64,000 nucleotides of DNA from Octopus vulgaris (taxonomy: Eukaryota): contig OX597834.1 in NCBI GenBank assembly GCA_951406725.2, forward strand, positions 18,786,001-18,850,000, read 5' to 3'. A program made the translations under genes and the position numbers. Of this stretch, positions 1-11,011 are shown one piece after another (the stretch's first letter is position 1; every line of letters starts with the position of its first letter). Under the pieces are notes generated by a model, which searched no databases, was not told where the DNA came from, and saw nothing but the letters and a program-made list of their open reading frames with translations.

Positions 1-317
1 GCTGTACTAGATTGTATTACTTCACCAATTCCCAAGAAAAGTATCCTTTCTTCTCTGCGCTTGTCTGTTATTTTCTGTTGCAAAAACTGATTATCCTTCT
101 GCATTCTACCAGCTGAAGTATCACATCTGAAGGAGATAGCTTGAACTGAAGAGATTTGCTGTCAGAATTGATCTAGATCACATTGGATAATATTCTCTAG
201 ATGTTCATTGTGAAAGCCAGGATTGGTGTATTGAAATTCAGAATCAGTAACATCATATGGAATAAATAATGACTTGATATGTTTGAAGTTTCTACCTTTC
301 AGAAGCACGTGTGTGTG

Positions 318-353
<36 letters not shown>

Positions 354-367
354 TTCTCTCTCTCCCA

Positions 368-411
<44 letters not shown>

Positions 412-740
412 ATGTACCATACCTACAGGTGCTGACAGTCATGGATCTCCATGCCAAAGTCTGAAGTTTCATAATTTTTCATGGATTAAGTTACGTTAGT
501 GATTTCCCATGGCCATTTGCTGGTTTATTTTCAGTTGACTCTGTTGGTTTTCTGCTTTGCTGGGCTTATCTCTGAGGCGTAAGACTCATTTATCTTTCAA
601 ACAAGAAAACTGCTTCATGTGATATCATGGCATGTTCATACACTGATGTGTATGAACATACTTGTGTGACACATGCCTTGGGAGCAAACCTCCTCTGAGT
701 CTTAGCCACTGGACCATTTTCTGCTGTTTGACTAATAACC
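1..740 (-). pseudogene. Decayed hAT-superfamily (KIAA1586/ZNF862-like) transposase fragment, interrupted by a (CT)n microsatellite
   Basis: The minus strand of 1-310 reads ...FQYTNPGFHNEHLENIIQCDLDQF*QQISSVQAISFRCDTSAGRMQKDNQFLQQKITDKRREERILFLGIGE. This resembles the hAT region around the first catalytic Asp (AISLRCDGSxDR...FLG). In-frame stops are present, and the extension to 740 is weaker. Confidence 0.55.
319..410. repeat. (CT)n/(CA)n microsatellite
   Basis: Directly visible. Confidence 0.95.
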
Positions 741-1214
741 AGGGCTCTTCAAAAGCATTTCACTCCCAAGCTAGAGCAAACCAGGAAATAGTGGTGACTA
801 AGGGGTAACAATTTAATCCACAAAAAGTTTGAACTTTGTTCTGGAATTTCCCCACCAGATGCAGTTTAATGTCTTTTGTACAGACAAAAGCTACTATCCT
901 CAATGACCAGCAGTTTGTGGAAAGTGTGTGTGTGTCTTAGCAACATTATACATATGATACATGCATCCACCAGTTTTATTCTGAAGTTGTTTGCATTGTT
1001 TAATTGCAACTCTATGCTGCAATGGATGTTGTTTCTGCAAGATTTTATTCTAGGTACCAACTTTCAATTTGATTTTGATGTACTCCTAAAAGAATGTGGT
1101 ACAAAGTTGTTTCAAAGTAGAAGGGGTGGGTACAGTGTACCAGTGATATTCCCTGGCCATTTAATGTTTTTGGTATTGTTGGCCTCACAATTCTGTAGAT
1201 GGAACAAAAAGAGT

Positions 1215-1400
1215 TGAGCACTGGTACTGGGGCCATATAAAAAGGACCCAGGATACTCTATGGGGTGATTAGCATTAGGAAGGGTATCCAGCCATAGAAA
1301 CAATGCTAGAGCATACAATAGAGCTTTGTGCAGCCCCTGGCCTTAGCAGCTTCAGTCAACTGTCCAACCCATGCCAGCATGGAAAACGGACATTAAATTA
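1215..1400 (+). mobile_element. Short copy of the RTE 3' end / RTE-tailed element
   Basis: Contains the family motifs gcattaggaagggtatccagccatagaaac and ccaacccatgccagcatggaaaacggacattaaa, shared with the 3' end of the RTE at 11012-12410. Confidence 0.75.
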
Positions 1401-2136
1401 TAATGAGTGCTTTTTGTGTGGTACCAGAATGAGTTGGGTAGTTCACAAAGGGCTGAGATGTGATTTGCTTCTATTGCTTCAAATGTACCCCCTTGAGATG
1501 TTAGGCAAAGGTGATTAGTACAAATCTGAAATTTCTGGTCCGTCCATTGGCTGGTCATTACAGCAGATGTGTGGTAGTAGAGCCAGCACACTACCTTGGG
1601 GTAAGCCTTTCTGTTGTCAACACCAGTGACTTTGTTAACCAAGACAACAAAGATGCACCTATTTTTCAGGAGGGCTCCTGTGAGGTCTATAAGTGCCAGA
1701 TCTTTTGTCAACTCCAAAAGTTTTTCCAGAGGAGGAGGAAGTGGTTCACCATGTCATATGTAGCAGACAGATCAACAAAGACGGCTCCTGTTAACTGGCT
1801 TTTTCTTAAAAAAACTATTCCCAATATGTTGAATGAGATTGAGAATTTGACTTGTTATAGATTTTTCAGATCAGAATATAGCTTGTTGAAGAATGACAGA
1901 TGGTTTAACAGCATAGGAAAGCCTGATAAAGATCAGGCATTCAAACAGCTTATATGGTTGGCATAGCAGAAAGTTTGGACAAAAGTTCTGTTGCATATGC
2001 TGGATCTTTGCCCAGCTGGAGAAGAGCAAATAATCCTGCTTTTACCGGATCTTTGGTATGTTTTTTTGTTAGCATGCACTTTCTTACTCATCAGCTCAAA
2101 ATCTACTTCCATATCAGAGGCTCAAAGTGCTTGATC

Positions 2137-3150
2137 TCATCATCATTTAATGTCCGTTTTCCATGCTGGCATGGGTTGGACAGTTGACTGGAGCTGCTAA
2201 GGCCAGGGGCTGCATAAAGCTCTATTGTATGTTCTAGCATGGTTTCTATGGCTGGATGCCCTTCCTAGTGCCAATCACTCCACAGAGTATCCTGGGTGCT
2301 TTTTATGTGGTACCAGCACGAGTGCTTTAATGTGGCACCAGCACGAGTGCTTTTAATGTGGCACCAGCACGAATGCTTTTGATGTGGCACCGGCAAGAGT
2401 GCTTTTAATGTGGCACCAGCACGAGTGCTTTTAATGTGGCACCAGCGCAAGTGCTTTTAATGTGGCACCAGCACGAATGCTTTTGATGTGGCACCGGCAA
2501 GAGTGCTTTTAATGTGGCACCAGCAAGAGTGCTTTTAATGTGGCACCAGCACGAATGTTTTTAATATGGCACCGGCAAGAATGCTTTTAATGTGGCACCA
2601 GCAAGAGTGCTTTTAATGTACATCAGCACGAATGCTTTTAATGTGGCACCAGCATGAGTGCTTTCAAAGTGGCACCAGCACGAGTGCTTTTAATGTGGCA
2701 CCGGCAAGAGTGCTTTTAATGTGACACCAGCACGAATGTTTTTAATGTAGCACCGGCACGAATGCTTTTAATGTGGCACCAGCACGAGTGCTTTTCATGT
2801 GACACCGGCACGAATGTTTTTAATGTAGCACCGGCACGAATGCTTTTAATGTGGCACCAGCACGAGTGCTTTTAATGTGGCACCAGCACGAGTGCTTTTA
2901 ATGTGGCACCAGCACGAGTGTTTTTAATGTGGCACCAGCACAAGTGCTGCTTTTAATGTGGCACCAGCACTGGTATTAAATCTGCAGTAGCAGACAGGTC
3001 TTCTTCAGTACAGGGATGCACCAGATATCTCACTCCTTGGCCATCTCCTTTATAAGGCTCAGTGTCTTGAGATTGGCCTTCAATACTTCATCCAGTCATC
3101 TCCTTCATAAGACTCAATGTCTTGAGATCAGCCTTCAGTATTCCATCTGG
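2137..3150 (-). mobile_element. 5'-truncated RTE LINE (ORF C-terminus plus 3' UTR) with an internal minisatellite expansion
   Basis: (CAT)n tail at about 2137 and the family 3' UTR. 3000-3150 resembles the RTE C-terminus (W.EV...DL..L.L...M..D..W) also seen at 11520-11620 and 37260-37460. Confidence 0.75.
2297..2972. repeat. Minisatellite of about 26 copies of a ~26-bp unit, GTGCTTTTAATGTGGCACCAGCACGA
   Basis: Directly visible head-to-tail array with no unique spacers. Confidence 0.95.
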
Positions 3151-4384
3151 CTTTACCAGTCTTAGGAATGTTGATACTGATATTAATCTCTTCAAAGGAG
3201 ACTAGCTTAGCCAGTCCAGAAGTGTGGGAGTGCCCTGCTGGAGATACCTTTGGCTTTGGCTCTTCAGAATTGAATTTCCTATTGGACAGCAACTGGTGCA
3301 CAATATCATTGGCATTTGTGGTACACTGCTTCTGTGTTGAGGTTGATGGATGATTTCTGATTTTCCGGATGATGCTCCATGCCTTCTTGCTGTTTTGCAT
3401 ATTTGTTGTGTCTACCAGATTTTGCCATATCTACTATCAGTGTTTTGATAGAGAGGTCACGAGTCTCTCACCTACATTGATGGTACTTTCAGTTAAGGGG
3501 TCAAATTCATAGAGTTGTTGGTGTTGCTCATAAAGTACGGTACTCCAAATATCAAAGCTCAAAATATATTGAGTACAGCTGTCTCATGGGAGAATCTTGC
3601 AGACTGCTTGGGGCAATTTTTCTCAGGCTCTGGTCCAGTTGTGTCACTTACATAATGGTGAATATAACACTGGAAAAACAAAGAAAAATACTTAAATCTC
3701 AATAGTGCTTCCTTCTGTTTGTATCTTAAGAACATGCTTATTTTGCTTAATGTTTTATCCAGGCCTGACTATAGAAGCCAATAAGGGAAGCTCTACACAC
3801 AACTAGAAATACCACAATGAGAAATATCAATGAAACCATTCTCTGTTTCATTGGATGCATTGAGACCAACGAGAGAGCACCTAACTTTTAGCCATTCCTG
3901 GTTATCAGAGCAGAATTCAAATCTGTTTCATTCTTTCTCTCCTCAGCAAACATGTTGGAGCAAACTGTTGGAGCTCTCTCTTTTTCAATCAGTTCAAATG
4001 GAACAAATGCTGTCATTCTACTTTAGTTCTTTTATCCTCAAAATCTAGTCAAATCTAGTTGAATGAAGCACAAATTGTTGTATCTATTCCATTGACAGAG
4101 ATATGTATGGAGCTCATTTATTCTTATCTCAGCAAATTTCTTTTCACACTATACTTTTTTCGTATAAAAATTTTTTTCTTAAGAATTTTCATTCGAGGAA
4201 TATGAACAACATCCATCATTTGTTTCCCCTCTATCTCCACCTGTGGCAGATTGCACTCTTTATCATCTGTGCTGGCTTAGGCATGCTGGAAATGGGTATT
4301 AATTTAGTTTTCCCTCTTCTAGATTGATTACTTTCACCACAGGTAAGGAGCTCAATCTACCCTACAAAAATCTATTTAGCATAT

Positions 4385-4660
4385 AGGTGCAGGCATGGCT
4401 GTGTGGCAAGAAACTTGCTTCTCAAACACATGGTTTTGGGTTCAGTCTTACTGTGTGGCACCTTGGGCAAGTGTCTTCTACTATAGCCTCAGGCTGACCG
4501 AAGCCTTGTGAGTGGACTTGGTAGATAGAAACTGAAAGAAGCCTGCTCTGTATGTGTGTCTTTGTGTCTGTGGTTGTCTCCCACCACTGCTTGTCAATCA
4601 GTATTGGTGTGTTTATTTACCTGTAACTCTGTGGTTCGTCAAAGAGACTGATAGAATAAA
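4385..4660 (+). mobile_element. tRNA-derived SINE family A (tRNA head, CORE-like ggcaccttgggcaagtg block, internal microsatellite), 3'-truncated
   Basis: A-box-like tggctgtgtgg and B-box-like gggttcagtc. Colinear with the full copy at 51197-51600. Confidence 0.85.
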
Positions 4661-5859
4661 TACCTGGACGCCAGGGATGGGGGTGTGTGTGTGGAAGCAG
4701 TAGAGTCGGTTGCATCACAGCTGTGAAGGCATTCTTCACAGATTTGCCAAAGTCGTAAATCGCCTTCACACAGAGCTTGTCTGGTTGCACCTAGCTCCGT
4801 TACCGACAGGAGCAAAAGCGAGAGAATAGCGGTAAGACCTAGCTGCTGCTGATGACTGCGCATAAGGGACTTCCAGCAGGCCTTCCAGAAGACTAATCCT
4901 TGCGCCTGTGTGGATGAAAATCCCAAAATGGCATCTGGAACCAGGCGTCACTACAGATGGATGAAATGCCTCTGAGCATTTTGCCCTGCATGCTAACAAT
5001 TCTGCCAGCTTGTTGCCTTATTGAGACCTGTAATTACAAACTTTCAGAAGTGAACATATGTTTTAATATAGTATTACATAGGCAAGAAAAGGCTTACACT
5101 ACCGATACTGTGTAGTAAATAAAAGAGAACTATTGTAACCAGTTTATCATCTCTGTACATCTATTTCATACACATGTATTTAAAGTTACTACATGATTAG
5201 CATTACAAAGCATTTGCATATTATACTTCTGTTATCAAATATCATTTAATTAGTCACAGTTATCTAGCTGTCATCATAGTCATTTGCAGCAGTGATAGCA
5301 ATATTTGCACTGTGACTCACGACTTTTATCGCAACCTCGTTAACAAGTCGGAGATGTAAAGTTACAGCACTGCCAGTGAACTAACGAGAACTGTTGTCAC
5401 ACTGAAGTTAATCAGTCAGCTGTCTCTTGTTATGTAACAATGTGGTTAGTCAGAACAGCAATGCTTCTCTGTAATACTTATTGTTTTACCCCAAATCAAA
5501 TATGATTGAATAACATTCTAGCTATGATTAAATGCATTCTTGCTATAATTAAATGAATTCTAGCCATGACGATTCTTCCTTTTTAAGACTGCATAACACT
5601 ATATTATATAATGCATCCTTTTGTTATATAAGACAGTGTAGTGCATTGTGATGAAGATTTGGCTACTATTTCTAGCATGTAGTCTCCCTCATGGTGTCAG
5701 TCAGTCAAAACCATGATGTTAGTCTGTTACTTCCCCAGTGTACTCAGTCATTTAGAAGCTTAGTCAGCATGTAGTTAGTCACTCGGAACTATTGTATAAC
5801 GGTATCATTGTTGGCACCTCTGGTGTCCATGTTTGGTTCATCTGGTGCTTCCTTGATGC

Positions 5860-6125
5860 TTAAACCTGACAATGGCTCAGAAGGCCAAGTCAGGAATAGA
5901 ACAATCTCAGGCATTGATTGCATGGCAGTGTGGGTGGTGGTCTTGGCTGGAGCTGTTGAGCTTTGAGTTGCCTTCTAGTTGTTTTTTCATCAGTCTTTCA
6001 TCTTTCCTCAAAAGTGGAACAGCCAAAATGCATTGCTCTTCATCAGGATGTACAGTTGGTGGCTTCTGTTTTTCGGGTGTTAGGACTAATTCCAGCTTGA
6101 AGGAGGGATGACTTTAGCTGGTCTA
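5860..6125 (-). mobile_element. RTE-clade LINE C-terminal fragment with zinc-finger remnant
   Basis: The minus strand reads DQLKSSLLQAGISPNTRKTEATNCTS**RAMHFGCSTFEER and, after a frameshift, PCNQCLRLFYS*LGLLSHCQ. This matches the RTE C-terminus pattern (D.LK.SL...GI...C..C.R.F.S..GL.SH). Confidence 0.7.
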
Positions 6126-6809
6126 GCCATGTCAGCAGACAAAATTTTACCTACAATCAAATCTTGATTCATCATAGTCTCTAAAAACCCCTTATGAAAA
6201 TCATGTTTTAAGCCAGAAGACTAAAATGTTAATTTAAGTTAGACATGTATTTGTGCAATTAAAAGGTCGTTATTTTTCTCAGCACAAGTTCTTATGTACT
6301 TGCAATTGTCTGTGTTACTGAAAAGGTTCCCCACCCCTGGCTCTGACAGAAAAGTAAATGCAGTGATCCTGACCTTTACAAGGCTTCTGTGAGTATTTTG
6401 GAGAAAGGGTGGAGGGCACCGCAATTCATGGATAGGTGCAGTAGGAAGCAGTGCATATCTTCAGATTAGAGAACTGATTGAATTGCTTGCAAATGAGTAA
6501 ACTCTATAAAAGGCACCTAAGGGACAGGGTGGTGGTGGTGTTAAACAGGATAACAATGCAGTCAGTCAGAACTGTATTGATGTCAGCTTGTAGTCATGCA
6601 GAATTTATGTCATGGTGCAGTCAGTCTGTCAGTCAGAGAATAAAGAAACAGTATGGTTGGTCAGAACTGTTGAGCTACAGTTGCTGAAATATTGGTTTCA
6701 AATTTTGGCACAAGGCCAGCAAGTTATGGGGAAGGGTACTAGTTGATTATATTGACCCCAATACTAAAGTGACACTTATTTCATTGAATCCCTGCAGATA
6801 TTACAAAAC

Positions 6810-7310
6810 CGGTACTCTGTCAGTTATGATGACAAAGATTCCAGCTGATCCGATCAATGAAACTAATGTACTAGTGGCTAGCACTCCACAAACATGCATA
6901 CCCTTAAGCCTTTTGTTACTGTATTTATTTTGAGATGTTCTGTGTTTCTTTGAATTACTTTAAATATAACAAAGAATTTAGTAAAATAACTTAATTATCA
7001 TTCAGCTAGTGTTAGGAACATAAACTGTGACTAAGGCTTGGTGGAAGATTTTAATTCAAAACTTATAAAAACAAGACATTTGTACTCACAAAAGGGTTAA
7101 CATAGTTCTCTGGGAGATTCAGTGTGAAATGGAATGAGATAAGTCTGGTCGTTTGAAATACAGGTATGACTCATTTTCGACAGCTGAGTTGACTGGAGTA
7201 ATGTGAAATAAAATATCTTGCTCAAGGACACAGTGCCCCACCAGGGTATCGAACTGATGACCATACGACTGTGAGCTGAATGCCCTAACCATTTCACTAC
7301 ATGCCTTCAC
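6810..7310 (-). mobile_element. tRNA-derived SINE split by a piggyBac MITE
   Basis: tRNA-like head at about 7240-7310. Its tail matches that of the SINE at 48321-48710 and is contiguous once 6908-7100 is removed. Confidence 0.7.
6908..7096. mobile_element. piggyBac-type MITE (family 1)
   Basis: TTAA at 6904-6907 and 7097-7100, with termini (g)ccttt...aaaggg. The uninterrupted target cccttaacatagttctc is present at 48438. Confidence 0.85.
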
Positions 7311-7897
7311 TGCAGGTATTATATTCTTGTCAACACAGGTTGTCTTTCAAAGCATTCATGCTATTGTTAGTTTATCAGTCACAACTATTATCTATCTTCC
7401 ATTGTGTCCAGTAAAATACATTTGATTCAGAACTATCAGCGAATATAACAAGACTTTTACTTCTATAACCATTGTTTGTCAATTGGTTCAATGGTTGTTA
7501 TCATCAGTCATACTTTCAACTAATAATATATTTATACTTTTAATAAAATAAATCACTGAGGTTAATTTCCAATTAGGTATTTGAGCTCATTGCAATGAAA
7601 TTCATTAACACTACCAGCTTAACTATATTACTGTTAACGTGTTTCTTCCCAACGTTCATGGTTCTGGAGACCATTAGTCATATGAGACCATTTTAGTCGT
7701 TGAGACATTTTGTTTGCAGCGCTGTTAAATTGGTGACTGTTGTTAGTCATTTCAGTGAAGAAATTCTAGCCAAAGCAGTGGGCAGGTGTTTTCTACTATG
7801 ATCTTGGTATGACCAATACCTTATGAATAAATTTGGTAGACAGAAACTGTGAAGAACCCTTGTGTGTGTATGCATGTGTGTGCATATAAATACACTC

Positions 7898-8262
7898 TTT
7901 TATTCTTTTACTTGTTTCAGCCATTTGACTGCGGCCATACTGGAGCACCACCTTGAAGGGTTTTAGTCGAACAAATCAACCTCAAGTACATATTCTGTTA
8001 GTTCCTTTTGCTGAACTGCTAAGTTACCCACCAACACTAGATGTCAAGTGGTGAGGGGCTGGGGTAAACACACACAAACACTCTCTTTCACACACACACA
8101 CACACACACATGTATATGATGGGCTTCTTCCAGTTTCCATCTACCAAATCCATTCACAAGGCTTTGATCAGCCTGAGGCTGTAGTAGAAGATGCTTGTCC
8201 AAGGTGCCACACAATGACTGTGTAGCAAAAGCAGACTTCTTACCTCACAGCCATGCCTGTGC
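7898..8262 (-). mobile_element. SINE family A
   Basis: Runs from the tail tcttttacttgtttcag to the head cacagccatgcctg, with internal (CA)n. Confidence 0.85.
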
Positions 8263-8984
8263 ATGTGTGTGTGTGTGTGTGTGTGAATGCTGGCATTCCA
8301 TGTCATTATATCACAGTAAAATGGTGATATGACGTTTACATTCCTTGTTGACATTAAGACTCGTTACAATGCTCTTTTGACGACTTGCAAAATAAAACAT
8401 AAAAAAAAGCCCACTACGGTCACAGTGACATAACCTCATGAAGTTGCAGTCACAGTGACCAAACACTCATAACACAATATAGTTGTAACATCATAAGTGA
8501 GGCCAATTACAAGTGATATTACTTAGCCTCAATAATTGATAAAACAGTACGATCATAATTGATCTGCTGTATTTCACGGCTTAGCTTATTACTGTCAATT
8601 AATCACAAATTTTACATCACTGACTAACGATAATCAATATAAATATTAGGTATTTGTAATTATCATTGGAAGTGGAATGGAAATACAAGAATGCTTCTGT
8701 GTATATTTCTTTGATTATGTTCATGGAAAGCTATTTATTTGATGAGATAAGTCATAAAGAACTCATTAAAATGTTGAAAAATATTAATCTAGATGGAAAA
8801 GCATTGCTGTATGGTTAAGAAGCTTGCTCTACAACCACATGGTTATGGGTTCAGTCCCACTATTCAGCACACTGTTGAGCCAGGTGTCTTCTATTATAGT
8901 CCCTGGCCGATCAATGCCTTGTGGGTGAATTTCGTAGATAGAAACTGTATGAAACCCATTATATGTGTTTGTGTGTGTATTCTT

Positions 8985-9748
8985 TTTTTCTTTTACTTGT
9001 TTTAGTCATTTGACTGGGAGTCATGCTGGAGCACTGCCTTAAAGGATTTTAGCCGAAACAAATTGACCCCAAGACTTATTTCTTAAGCCTAATACTTATT
9101 CTATTGGGCACTTTTACCAAACTGCTAAGTTATGTGGATGTAAACGCACCAACACTGGTTGTCAAGCGGTGGTGGGTGGGACACACACACACACACACAC
9201 ACACATACAAGATAGCGGGATTTAGTTCACAGGTGATCTAAACAATTAGGTACGCTAGGTAAGTACTGTAATGCAAGATTGCACCTAAGGACTTATGGAC
9301 TTCTACACAATCGGAAAGTGGAACTGTGAACTTTTATGCTTCTTTTTTCTTCTCTTTCTTCATCTCCTTATTCCTTTATTCCTGTCCTCTCTGTTGTCAT
9401 TTCATTAATCTATACCCTTCTCATTTTCCCTATTTGTCTCTGATGACAGAATACCCCCATACTTTGGGATATCCCAGAAACAGCTGTAAGACTTTGAATT
9501 TTTTTTCCAATAATACTAATGTATATGACTTGAGATGTTTGCCTTGCCTTAACGTTTGTTGTCCTCTTTAACAATTAAATATACACAACAGGCCTCTTTT
9601 CAGCCCCATCCCCCAAATCCATTCATAAGGCAATAGCCAGCCTGAGGCTATAGTAGAAAACACTTGCTCAAAGGCACCACCCTATGGAACTGAACCCTGA
9701 ACCAAGTGGTTGAGAAGCAAGCTTCTTACCACACAGCCATGCCTGCAC
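8985..9748 (-). mobile_element. SINE family A with a ~370-bp hammerhead-bearing insert (about 9211-9585) in its internal (CA)n
   Basis: Family A tail at 8985-9210 and head at 9585-9748 flank unrelated sequence. Confidence 0.75.
9436..9492 (+). ncRNA. Type I hammerhead ribozyme motif, PLE-type, with partly decayed helix II
   Basis: gtct-CTGATGA-[c agaatacccc catacttt gggatatccc a]-GAA-ACAGCTGT-A-agac. Helix I is gtct/agac, helix III is the palindrome ACAGCTGT, the triplet is GUA, and helix II pairs 7 of 10. Confidence 0.7.
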
Positions 9749-9777
9749 ACACGTGCACACACACACACTCATGCATG

Positions 9778-9819
<42 letters not shown>

Positions 9820-9917
9820 TACATGTGTGTGTTAATATTTGTTTTTATGTTCAGTTATAATAAAAACAGTTTTATATTAATCTGATTGGGTTCCCTACAC
9901 TGTTGTAGAATCTTAAA

Positions 9918-10045
9918 CAAGAATGTTGGTGACAGTGACTTCGAAGTTTTGGCCAGTTAAGCCATCGTCCAATGATGGCTTAACAGCAGCTTGATGATGG
10001 CTTAACTGGCAAAAAACTTTGAAGTCACTGTCAGCAACATTCTTG
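9918..10045. repeat. Palindromic (foldback) MITE-like element; partial second copy at 17418-17493
   Basis: Arms of about 52 bp: caagaatgttggtgacagtgacttcgaagttttggccagttaagccatcgtc and gatgatggcttaactggcaaaaaactttgaagtcactgtcagcaacattcttg. Confidence 0.85.
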
Positions 10046-10067
10046 AGCATGTATGTATGTATGTATA

Positions 10068-10203
10068 ATCATCGTTTAATGTCCGCTTTCCATGCTAGCA
10101 TGGGTTGGACGATTTGATTGAGGGCTGGTGAACCAGTTGGCTGCACCAGGCTCCAATCTTGATCTGGCAGAGTTTCTACAGCTGGATGCCCTTCCTAACG
10201 CCA
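10068..10203 (-). mobile_element. Short RTE 3'-end copy
   Basis: catcgtttaatgtccgctttccatgctagcatgggttggacg...ggatgcccttcctaacgcc. Confidence 0.85.
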
Positions 10204-10218
10204 TGTATGTATATATAG

Positions 10219-10250
<32 letters not shown>

Positions 10251-10599
10251 ACATCCACATTGCTTGTGAGTTGGGCAAAAGAGACTGAAAGAATAAATAT
10301 CAGGTTTCAGGAGAAAAAAGAAAAAAAAAGTACTGTGGCCAATTTGTTTAACTAAATCAGTCAAGGTGGTGGCTCCAGCATGGCCACAGTCTAACGACTG
10401 AAATGTAGGTAAAAGAAGCATGTAATGGCAACAAACAGCAGCAATCAGAACTAGAAATGAAATAGGACACCGAGAAGATCAAAAGAGAAGTATGACAGGA
10501 ATGTGTGTCCTCACTGGGCCTGTTTTTATTATACAGTGGAGCATTTAGCAATATCCATTAAGCAGATAACACAGTCTTCATAACAAGAATAGAAAAAGA

Positions 10600-10985
10600 C
10601 CCGCAAACATTAGTTAGTACCATTTATAATTGAGAGTGGAATAAATTGATAGCTTTTGAATATATGCGAGCCATTGTTATATCAGATGGTGGTGATGGTG
10701 TTTGGAAATCATTAAAGAAATTACATCAAATGCAGCCCAAGGCTGCTTTTGGTGAAATCAAACATTTACAGTTAAGTAAATGGCTATCTGTAAAAGAGAG
10801 AGAAAGAGTCCTCAGGGCATATGCAGTATTCATTTCTGCATATGGTTGTGTGATCTACAGCATCAACAAATAAGCATGAAAGCTTATCAGTACTGCAGAT
10901 ATGTGTTTCCTTAAATGAATGCTGAAGGTGTCCTATATAGACTGTGACATATATGGAAATTCTTGGATGAGCAGAGCAGTGCTGT
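10600..10985 (+). mobile_element. Old RTE LINE RT-thumb fragment
   Basis: Reads FEYMRAIVISDG...KAAFGEIKHLQLSKWLSVKERERVLRAYAVFISAYGC...ADMCFLK*MLKVSY, matching F.YLG..I..DG...AK.AF...LYGCE.W...EMWFLRRML. Confidence 0.7.
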
Positions 10986-11011
10986 CTTAACTCTTTAGCA
11001 CTGAAACTGGC

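Larger units (their letters stand above)
760..3620 (-). mobile_element. Decayed non-LTR retrotransposon ORF (Ingi/Vingi-like reverse transcriptase), split by two younger RTE-type insertions
   Basis: Minus-strand pieces lie in colinear order: NSKKAWSIIRKI...NANDIVHQLLSN...SFEEINISINIPKTGKA (3128-3400), then LLCQPYKLFECLI...EKSITSQILNLIQHI (about 1810-1980), then LCLTSQGGTFEAIEANHISAL (about 1440-1520), then C-terminal remnants to about 760. Many stops and frameshifts. Confidence 0.75.

Noticed and set aside
1511-1966. 151-aa + strand ORF
   Set aside because: It is the antisense shadow of the decayed minus-strand reverse transcriptase.
2297-2972. CRISPR-like array
   Set aside because: The units are contiguous with no unique spacers, there are no cas genes, the context is eukaryotic, and the unit derives from an RTE UTR.
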